A DNA stretch of 64,000 nt. Origin: Candidatus Eiseniibacteriota bacterium. Its GTDB lineage: Bacteria > Eisenbacteria > RBG-16-71-46 > CAIMUX01 > VGJL01. The position numbers and the translations under genes are program-made. The first letter of the stretch is position 1, and each line of letters begins with the position of its first letter. Shown piece after piece: positions 10,145-18,703 of the stretch. The stretch spans positions 768,001 to 832,000 of the forward strand of contig CAWBWI010000001.1 of the NCBI GenBank assembly GCA_963792585.1, in the 5' to 3' direction. The notes under the pieces were generated by a model. The model was given only the letters and a program-made list of their open reading frames with translations. It made no database searches and was not told the origin of the DNA.

Positions 10145-11365
10145 ATGATGTCGATTCACCTGAATGCCCGGGCAAGCCTGCTGGGACTCCTTTGCCTCGC
10201 GGGAACCGCGACGAGCGGCCTTTCCGGCGACCTTGGGGGTCAGGCGGGACATTTGCGTTCGAGTCGCTCCGGAGACCTTCTACGGCCTCCGAGGCGGTCT
10301 TCGGGGGCAGTTGCGGCCCCGAAGCCGGTCCGGAAGCGGCCCGGAGCAACCCGGCCGCCCTCAGCGGCATCCTCGATTTGACCTTGGCGGCCAGCCATCA
10401 GTCTTGGCAGACGGACCTTCAGGAGCAATGGAGCGGTCTCGCATTCCCGATCCCCCGCGGGGGAGCCTCCGTGGAGATCTCCGCGTTCCACGCGGGTGCA
10501 CTGGAGGCCTCTCGCCTGACGGTCTTTCGCTTGGCTCTTTCCGGCCAGTTGAGTTCCTGGCGGGCCTGGGCGCAGGCGTCACGGTCCGTCCGGGACTGCG
10601 GGCTGGATTGTCCGTGCACGGCCTCTACCTCGGAAGCGATGGGAGCCGGCTGACAGGCATGTCCGTGGGCGGCGGATTGGAGTGGGACGTTTCGGGAATG
10701 ACGCTCGGCATGGCTGCCCGAAACATCGGGGCGCGTCCGAGGGGAGACCAGGGGGTCTATCGACTCCCGGCGGAATTCACCTTCAGCGCGAGGTCCGACG
10801 TCCGCAGACGCGCGACGCTCGGGCTGGTTGCGACGCGGGATCGGGACGGAGAGATGCGGGGATCTCTGGCCTCGCGCGTGCGGCTGCACGGCGGCGTCTC
10901 GCTCATGGCGGGAACGCGGTACGAGACGGCTGCGGATTCGGAACCGGTCCGCGGGAGCGCCGGGCTCGAAGTGCAACTCGGCGCCCTCATGATCGGCTAC
11001 GCGCTCACGCCCGGAGACGAGCTGGGATCCGGACACGTTGTCTCGGTTCGCTTCACGCGGACCCGATCCCAGCGGCCGACCGCCGTTCTCGCCGCGCCGT
11101 CGCCCGATCCGGTTCACCGTCCTTCACCAGCATCCGCGGAACTTGGAGTCCCGGCACCCGCCACGTACGCGGTCTGGGTGGGATCCACCGATCTCCCGCG
11201 AGCGCGACCGCGGAGGTGCGCGCCCTGCGCGCTCAGAGGCTCCCGGGAGCCGATGTGATCGCCCTCGATGACGGGACCTACCGCGTCCGCATTGCGCGGC
11301 ACCTCCCGCGGGAGGAAGCGACTCTGCTCGCGCAACGCCTCCAAGCGGTCACCGAAGTCGAGTAG
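10145..11365 (+). CDS. PorV/PorQ-like outer-membrane barrel protein with C-terminal SPOR-like domain; frameshifted
   Basis: Signal peptide; SNPAALSG..ASHQSW motif of PorV/PorQ/FadL-like barrels; alternating beta strands; Pro-rich linker then YAVWVG..RS..SA..EVRALRAQ...GTYRVRI..REEA..LAQRL (SPOR-like). Confidence 0.55.
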
Positions 11366-11432
11366 CCTGCTTGCCACCGTCCCCTCGGGCCGATACGCTC
11401 CAGCGGGGGTGATCCCCCGGCAAGGAGCGGGC

Positions 11433-12502
11433 ATGGCGCGGTTCGTCATCACGGGTGGGGCGGGGTTCATCGGTTCGCACGCCGCGGAGCACTTCGCGGC
11501 GCGGGGTCACGAGGTGGTCGTCGTCGACAATCTCTCGCGGGGCACGCTCCTCCAGAAGGCGGATCCCAACGCCACCGCACAACTGGGACTATCTGGGGGC
11601 GATTCCCGGGATCGAGACGGGTGCGCGGCGACATGCGGGAGGCCGGGTTGATGGACCGCCTGGTTCGGGACGCCGACGCGATTCTCCACGCCGCGGCGCA
11701 GACGGCCGTGACGACCTCGACGATCGACCCCGAGACCGACTTCACGTCCAATGCGCTGGGCACCTTCCGCGTTCTCGAGGCGGCGCGCAGGTCGCGACGC
11801 CAACCGACCGTCATCTACTGCTCGACGAACAAGGTCTACGGCGCGAACGTCAACCGCGTGCCGATTCTCGGTCGAGGACCGAATCGCTATGATTCGGCGA
11901 GCCGTACACGCGGGGGATTCGAGGAGACCTTCGGGATCGACCTGTGCGAGCACACCCCCTACGGTTGCTCGAAGCTGACCGGCGACCTCTACGTCCAGGA
12001 CTATCGGCCATCTCTACGGTCTGCGCGACGGCGTCTTCCGGATGTCGTGCATCTACGGAACGCGTCAGTTCGGCATGGAGGACCAAGGGCTGGGTGGCGT
12101 GGTTCGTCCTGGCCGCGTTGACCGGCGCGCCGCTCTGACCGTCTTCGGCGACGGCCGCCAGGTCCGCGACGTCCTCTGGGTCGACGATCTCGTGCGCGCC
12201 TACGAGGCCTTCCTCGAGGGGGCCGCAGATCGGCGTCTACAATATGGGCGGCGGTCCCCAGATGACCCTCTCCCTGCTGGAACTCGTGGATCAGCTCGAG
12301 GCGCGATTGGGGCACCCGGTCCAGTACGGGATCGGACCCTGGCGGCCCAGCGATCAGAAGGTCTACATCTCCTGCATCGATCGCGCACGGGCGGAACTCG
12401 GCTGGGAGCCGAGGGTCGACTCCATCCGAGGGTGTCGACCGGCTGATCGCCTGGGCCCAGCAGAAGATCGATCTCTTCGCCCATCTGCGCCCGACTGGGT
12501 AA
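11433..12502 (+). CDS. NAD-dependent epimerase, CDP-paratose 2-epimerase (RfbE)-like; frameshifted
   Basis: ITGGAGFIGSH, VDNLSRG, HAAAQTAVTTS, CSTNKVYG, TPYGCSK, RMSCIYGTRQFGMEDQGWVAWF, GDGRQVRDVL, WRPSDQKVY. Confidence 0.85.
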
Positions 12503-12567
12503 TCTTGCTCATGCTCTGAGTCCCTCCGGCCGATATCCCTTTGGGGATGTTTGCCCAGGAGGAGTGC

Positions 12568-14306
12568 ATGGGAAGAGTCGAGTCGGTGGTGGCGGGGATT
12601 CCCCTCGGCGATGCCGCAGACCTACGCGCGCGGATGGATGAGCTGGCCGCCCTGGTTCCCGACCTTCCCCCATGGTCGGGGAACGGCTCGGACGCGCGAA
12701 CGGCGCCGCCCTCCTCGACCTGATCGAGCACAAGCAGCGACAGCTGATCCAGTTCAACGTCCGCTTGGCCGGGCTGCGGGAGCTGACCGAAGCGCTCCTG
12801 CGCGACCCGGAAGAGGAACGCGTGCTCCGATCGATCAGCCTCTATCTCGGGCACGCCTATGGTCTGCCGGAGGTTCGTCGTCCTCACGCGGACTCCGGAA
12901 GGAGGTCTTCGCGGCTATCGCTCCCGGGGGATCGGCAAGGGCCTCTGCGAGGCAGTCCGCTGGTCCGGGGAGAGCCTCAATGGAACGGCTTGGGAGACGC
13001 GCGCTCAGCGGGAAAACGGTCGAGGTCGATGACGACCCGGCCGCACCGGACACATCCGTCGCACTTCCGTTGATCTTCCCGCTCGTGACGGGGGACGACG
13101 ACGAGAGGCGGGCCGGGGGTGATGGGATTGTTGGCGTTGCGCCCCGATCCCGCGACGGGCGCCGGAACGGATCCGCTGGAGCTCGAGCAGATCGTCTTCC
13201 AGGCGGCCACTCTCTTCGAGAGCGTTCGTCACCACCGCCGCGCGATGCAGGAGACCCGCTTCCGCGAATGTCTCTTCCAGGCCATGGGGGATGGCCTGAT
13301 CGCGACCGACCCGATGGGGAAGGTCACCGCCGTCAATCGGGCCGCGCTCGAGCTATTCGGGTCTGAGGCCGGTTTCCTCATGTCCCATCCGGTGGAGCGC
13401 CTGTCGGAGCAAGCCCCGCAGGTCGTGGAACTCTTCCGCAGCGCTCTCGATGGCAGGCTGCCTGCGGGGCCCGTGGAGGCGTGGATCCGCAACGGAGAGG
13501 AACGCATCCCCGTGAGTCTCGCCATCGTTGGATTCGAGGAGGAACCTGGAAATCCGGGCGGTATGGTCGCGACGCTTTCCGACCTGCGCCCGGTTCGCGC
13601 GATGGAGGAGGAGATGCGGCGGCTGGACCGGCTCGCCGCGCTGGGTCGGTTCGCGACGGCGGTCGCGCACGAGATTCGCAACCCCCTCGCGGCGATCGGC
13701 GCAGGGATCGACTACCTGAGCCGGGCGGTGGGGCAGGAACGCTCCAGCGAGATCGGAATGCTCCGCAGCGAGATCCGTCGGCTCGATCGGATCGTCCGTG
13801 ACCTGCTCGAGCCGGCGAAGAGGCGACCGCTCGATTGCAGACAGATCGAGGTGGCGGCGCTCGTGGATCGGGCCCGCAGGGCGACCGAGCCCATGGCGCA
13901 GGAACGGCGTCAGAGGTTCGTGTTGCGAACCCCGGCCGAGGAGGCGCTCCGCGCTTCGACCGTCGTGGTCGACGAGGAACGAATGCTCCAGGTCCTCGTG
14001 AACCTGGTCCGCAATGCGGTCGAGGCCTCCCCCGAGGACGGAGAAATCGAGATCGGGTGGGAACGCGAAGAGACGGAGAACCCACCCGCAACGCGCATTT
14101 GGATTCGGGATCACGGCCCCGGGATACCCCCCGAGGCGCTCTCGAGGATCTTCGAGCCGTTCTACTCGACCAAAGCCGGAGGCACGGGCCTCGGGCTCTA
14201 CGTCAGTCAGAGCGTGGTCGATCAGCATGGCGGCAGGTTGTTCGCGGAGATCGCCTCCGGCGGCGGCACCTGCATGCAGATCTGTCTGCCGGTGCCAACG
14301 GCATAG
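12568..14306 (+). CDS. Sensor histidine kinase (GAF-like + PAS + HisKA + HATPase), apparently cytoplasmic; 5' part frameshifted
   Basis: AHEIRNPL H-box, VLVNLVRNAVEA N-box, DHGPGIP, IFEPFYSTK, GTGLGL; PAS MGDGLIATD..GKVTAVNRAA. Confidence 0.88.
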
Positions 14307-14318
14307 GAGGATACGCGC

Positions 14319-15732
14319 ATGACAGCTACGATCCTGATCGTCGATGACCAGGAGTCGCTGCGACATTTCCTGGCGAAGTCCCTTCAGGAGGACGGCTACG
14401 CGATCCAGACCGCGGGAACCCTCGCCGAGGGTTGGGCCCACGTGATGCAGGAGGGGACCGACCTGGTGCTCCTCGACCTGCGGCTACCCGACGGGCTGGG
14501 GATCACGATGCTCGAGCAACTCCACCAGCGGGAACCCGACCTTCCGGTCATCGTCATGACCGCATTCGGGGAGGTCCAGACCGCCGTCGCCGCCATGAAG
14601 GCCGGCGCCTACGACTTCTTGACCAAACCCTTCGATCTCGAGGAACTCCGCGTCCTCTGCGTCAAGGCCCTGGAGTCGGCCCGTGCATTCCGCGAGCTGT
14701 CGCATCATCGCAGGAATGAGAAGGAGCGCTACGCCCGCGATTTCGTGCGCGGTGTTTCGCCCGCGATCCGCTCCGTCTACGAGGTTGCGGAGAAGGTCGC
14801 CGTGAGCGACACGACGAGCGTGCTGATTCAGGGCGAGAGCGGTACGGGCAAGCAGGTAATCGCCCGTTACATTCACGACATGGGTCCCCTCGCCGATGGG
14901 CCTTTCCTCGAGATCAACTGCGCCGCGATCCCGTCCCGAACTGCTCGAGACCGAGCTCTTCGGCCACGAGAAGGGGGCCTTCACGGACGCGCGCGTCCGC
15001 AAGCAGGGATTGCTCGAACTCGCCGATAGGGGAAGCATCTTCCTCGACGAAATCGGGGAGATGAGCATGAACCTCCAGGTGAAGCTGCTGAAGGTTCTGG
15101 AGAGCATGACGTTCCGGCGCGTCGGCGGAACTCGGGACATCAAGGTCTCGGTCCGGATCCTCTCCGCCTCGAATCAGGATCTCTCCCGGATGGTCTCCGA
15201 AGGGCGCTTTCGCGAGGATCTCTACTATCGCCTCATGGTGGTTCCGATCCGGATGCCCTCTCTGAGGGAGCGACGGGAGGACATTCCGTTGTTGTCGGAC
15301 CACTTCGTCCGCAGTTTCGCCAAGGCATTCCGCAAGCGCTTCCATGGAGTCCGTCCGGAGGCGCTCGCGAAGCTCTACGAGTATCCGTGGCCCGGCAATA
15401 TCCGAGAACTGCGTAATGTTTTCGAGCGGACCGTCCTGCTGGAAGACGGGGAGTGGATCGAGCCCCAGCACCTGAAGCTCGGTATCGAATCGACCGCCGG
15501 CCGCAGGGGTGGGGATCTGCTCGAGTCGATCCGCGAGGTCCTGGTCGAGGGGAGAGTGGATCCGGCCGGTATCCCGTTCGAGCAGTGGGTCGAGGAACTC
15601 GAACGGGGGCTCATCCTGCGCGCGTTCGACGCCTCGGGCGGGAACCAGACCCGAACGGCGGAGATGCTGCAGACAACGCGCGACAAGCTCCGCTACCGAA
15701 TGAAGCAGTACGGCCTTCGCGAGGCCGCCTAG
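14319..15732 (+). CDS. Sigma54-dependent response regulator (NtrC/AtoC family); one frameshift near 14935
   Basis: Receiver (ILIVDD, LLDLRLPD, FLTKPF), GESGTGK, ETELFGHEKGAFTDA, FLDEIGE, FREDLYYRL, WPGNIREL, Fis-type HTH. Confidence 0.93.
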
Positions 15733-15778
15733 CTCCAAACCCGACCTCCGCTATCACAGGAGCGGCCGCCTTGGACGA

Positions 15779-15807
15779 TTGTCCCGGGGCGGCCGTCTTC
15801 CTATACT
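15779..15807 (+). promoter_or_regulatory. Sigma70-type promoter for lptE-holA, overlapping a GC hairpin (15762-15796)
   Basis: TTGTCC-17 nt-TATACT; GCGGCCGCC/GGCGGCCGT inverted repeat after the regulator stop. Confidence 0.55.
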
Positions 15808-15813
15808 CACCCC

Positions 15814-16335
15814 ATGCGCCTCGACCGATCCGTCATGCGATTCGCTCTGATCTTCCTACTCGCGCTCGTCGCGGGTTGCGGGCTCTATTCGTTCTCGGGA
15901 AGCTCGCTGCCGTCTCATATCAAGACGATCGCTGTCCCGATCATGGAGAACAAGACGCTCGACTACCAGGTGGCGAACGAGGCGACGGAGGCGATCACGC
16001 AGCGCTTCATCCAGGACAACCGGCTGAAGGTGGTGGGGGAGAGCCGGGCCGACTGCGTTCTGGAGGGGCAGATCACCTCCTACGAGAACAAGGTCTACAA
16101 CTACTCCGCCAGCCAAACCCCCGAGGACTACATCGTGGTCATTCGGGTCGCGGCCACGATGCGGGATGCCGTCAAGAACCGAGAACTCTGGAAACAGGAT
16201 CCGATCACCGTGTCGGCCATCTATACGGTCGTCCCGGGGAGCGCCCAGGAATTGAAGGACGAAGCCGGTGCGCGTCGCAAGGCGATCCAGAACCTCGCGG
16301 AGGACGTCCTGGCCCGGACGATGGAGCAGTGGTGA
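15814..16335 (+). CDS. lptE: LptE family LPS-assembly lipoprotein
   Basis: Lipobox VAGC, G.YSF.GSSLPSHIKTIAVP..EN.T, ADCVLEGQI; directly upstream of holA as in many bacteria; alternative start 15835. Confidence 0.75.
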   Translation: MRLDRSVMRFALIFLLALVAGCGLYSFSGSSLPSHIKTIAVPIMENKTLDYQVANEATEAITQRFIQDNRLKVVGESRADCVLEGQITSYENKVYNYSASQTPEDYIVVIRVAATMRDAVKNRELWKQDPITVSAIYTVVPGSAQELKDEAGARRKAIQNLAEDVLARTMEQW

Positions 16336-17327
16336 GGGCGCTGGCCCGACGCGTCATCGATGCCGACGCGATCACGGCGCGGATCGAGCGACAGGGCGCG
16401 CCTGCGACACTCCTGCTCGCCGGCCCCGAGATTCTGCTCCGAGACGAGATCCTCGCCCGGATGCGCAGTGCCGTCGTCGGCGACACGGACCAAGGGCGCT
16501 GGAGCCGGGAGGTCTACGCCGCACGGGAAACCCCGCTGTCGGAGATCAATGCCGGCCTACGTGTCGTCGGTCTCTTCGCGGAATCGCGCCTCATCATCGT
16601 GAGCGAGGTCGAGCGCTACGGTCGCGTTTCCCAGGCCGATCGCAACGAGCTCTACCGCTGCCTCGAGCAACCCAGTCCGGGGATCCACCTCGCGCTCCTG
16701 AGCGAGAAGCCCCTCTGGGAACTGGAGCGGGCAAACGAGTTCCTGAAAGGCTGCCTCCAGAAGGTCGAGGCGGTCGTGCGTCTGGATCATCCGAGTGCGG
16801 ATCAGGCCGTGCAGATCGTCCGAAAGGTGGGCCGGGAACGTCATCGCCTCGAAATGTCCGAAGCGATCGCTCGGCGGCTCGTCGATGCCGTGGGACCGAA
16901 CTTGCTCGAACTGAGCCACGAGCTCGACCGGCTCGCCCTACGACTGGGCCCCGACGCGCGGGTCGATGAGTCGACCCTGGAGGATTGGCTCCGTAGCGGC
17001 GTCGTCGGCACCCTCGGCGACCTCGAGGCGGCGCTGATGGCGGAAGACGCCGGTCGAGCGCTTCGGTTCTGGGACACCGTGCGGCGCAACATGAACGCGC
17101 CGGCCGTCACATGGATGATGGGAAGCCGACACCTCGACCCGCGGTGGGGAAGGCAGGCGGGAGAGCGGGCCCCCTCCCGGTCGTTTCTCTCGAAGGTCCT
17201 ACGGGAGTGCTATCGGTTGGAACGGGCGGTGAAACGGGGGGAGATCCCCTCGCACCTGCAGGAAACCGCTTTCGAGGCGATGATTCTCAGACTTTGCGCG
17301 CAACGGCCGCAGCCTCCAACGCGTTGA
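16332..17327 (+). CDS. holA: DNA polymerase III subunit delta (divergent)
   Basis: LLLAGPEILLRDE, GLFAESRLIIV, VGPNLLELSHELDRL, LERAVKRGE; synteny after lptE. Confidence 0.7.
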   Translation: MRALARRVIDADAITARIERQGAPATLLLAGPEILLRDEILARMRSAVVGDTDQGRWSREVYAARETPLSEINAGLRVVGLFAESRLIIVSEVERYGRVSQADRNELYRCLEQPSPGIHLALLSEKPLWELERANEFLKGCLQKVEAVVRLDHPSADQAVQIVRKVGRERHRLEMSEAIARRLVDAVGPNLLELSHELDRLALRLGPDARVDESTLEDWLRSGVVGTLGDLEAALMAEDAGRALRFWDTVRRNMNAPAVTWMMGSRHLDPRWGRQAGERAPSRSFLSKVLRECYRLERAVKRGEIPSHLQETAFEAMILRLCAQRPQPPTR

Positions 17328-17376
17328 GGATGCCTCCCCCGCCGGGTTCACGGTGGGGGAGTCGAAGGTGGATCGA

Positions 17377-18231
17377 ATGAGACCGATGGTGCGACTGCTC
17401 TTGTTCCTGTTGCTTGCGTCATTCCTGCCGTGCGCGATCGGCCGGGCGACTCCGGATGCGCCCACCAAGGAGGAGATCGCCTGGGCCAGCAGCTTCGAGG
17501 CGGCTCTCGAGGAGGCGCAGATCGAGGGTCGGATCGTGATGGTCGATTTCTTCACGACCTGGTGCGGCTGGTGCCGCAGACTCGACGCCGACACATACTC
17601 CCACCCTGAGATCGTCCGTCGGAGCCGCGCCATGGTGTGCGTCAAGGTCAATGCGGAGGTCCGCAAGGATATCGCAAGCCGCTACGCGGTGCGCGCGTTT
17701 CCGACGATCACATTCCTTCAAGGAGACGGAACGCTGATCGACGCGGTCCGCGGGTACAGCCCGCCGGAGAAGTTCGGCCCGATCCTGGACAAGTATCTGG
17801 ATCGTCGCGGCGCGGAATTCACCCTCACCCAGAGGCTCAGGGATCACCCGGAACTTGCGGACGTGCGGTACGATCTGGCCCGCCTCCATCTTCGGAACGG
17901 CGACGCCGCCCGAGCCCTCGCCGAGCTCGATACCCTTGCCCACGCGTCCGACGGACTCCCGGAAGAGCGCGCCTGGGAGATTCGGTTGGATTTCGGCAAA
18001 GCCCTTCTGGGTGCCGACAGGCCGAAGGACGCGGGCAAGGAACTGGAGGCGTTCGTCAAGAAACAGAAGAAATCGCCACGGTACGCGGAGGCCGTCTACT
18101 TCCTTGCCGAGGCGAAACTGGCCCAAGGCGAGCGGAAGGATGCGCGGAAGTGGTTTCGGAAGCTCCTCGACGTGAAGCCGTCGGGTTGGCTCGCCGAGAA
18201 ATCGCGGGCCCGTTTGGAAGAGCTCGGATGA
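17377..18231 (+). CDS. Exported thioredoxin-fold protein with C-terminal TPR repeats
   Basis: Signal peptide; MVDFFTTWCGWCRRL, YAVRAFPT; TPR-like helices (YAEAVYFLAEA); start uncertain (17353-17386). Confidence 0.8.
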   Translation: MRPMVRLLLFLLLASFLPCAIGRATPDAPTKEEIAWASSFEAALEEAQIEGRIVMVDFFTTWCGWCRRLDADTYSHPEIVRRSRAMVCVKVNAEVRKDIASRYAVRAFPTITFLQGDGTLIDAVRGYSPPEKFGPILDKYLDRRGAEFTLTQRLRDHPELADVRYDLARLHLRNGDAARALAELDTLAHASDGLPEERAWEIRLDFGKALLGADRPKDAGKELEAFVKKQKKSPRYAEAVYFLAEAKLAQGERKDARKWFRKLLDVKPSGWLAEKSRARLEELG

Positions 18232-18241
18232 CCTTTCGGGG

Positions 18242-18479
18242 GGAAAATGAACCGGGCCCCAAGGGCACGTGGCCGGGGGTCCGGTTCTGCGCCGGTCGAG
18301 CGACCAGCCTTGCGCTCAGAGACCCCTCCGCGGTGCCGTGCCTGAAGACCTTCAAACGGAGCCCCTACATTGAGCGTGTGGTCCGCGATCTCAGGACAGC
18401 TCACATCCACTGCAGATTCGTCTCTGATATCGAAGGCGAGGCTGTTGCACGCCATTCCGTCCACTCTCTCGCCTTCGTC
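18242..18479 (-). ncRNA. Candidate structured small RNA (unassigned family)
   Basis: Sigma54-like promoter upstream, four consecutive hairpins, terminal hairpin plus ATTTT; no convincing ORF. Confidence 0.4.
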
Positions 18480-18489
18480 GGAGGAGAGA

Positions 18490-18505
18490 TGCATGTCCCG
18501 TGCCC
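18490..18505 (-). promoter_or_regulatory. Candidate sigma54 promoter
   Basis: Minus strand GGGCACGGGACATGCA = GGCAC-N5-ATGCA with exact GG-N10-GC spacing. Confidence 0.5.
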
Positions 18506-18703
18506 AGGAGCGAAGGTGCGGCGCTTCGCACGAGAAAAGCGCGATCTTGGTGCGGCGCAACATGGTGCCGTGCGCAACGAAGTTCGGTGTTTCGGGAACG
18601 GTGGGGGAGGGTTCGATGAAGCATGCTGAATTGCAGGAAGAATGCGTGCGTCCCGCACGACTGGGCAGAGCCGGCATCGCTGGTAGGTTACATAATGTAT
18701 CTT

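Noticed and set aside
18315..18530. Glycine-riboswitch-like fragments on + strand (CTCAGG, GGAGAG, GAAGG)
   Set aside because: Elements are not in the aptamer order and the downstream gene is a peptidase
18096..18677. Minus-strand 193-aa ORF across the candidate RNA
   Set aside because: No SD or recognisable motif, overlaps the upstream gene and runs through the terminator-like hairpin; not fully excluded
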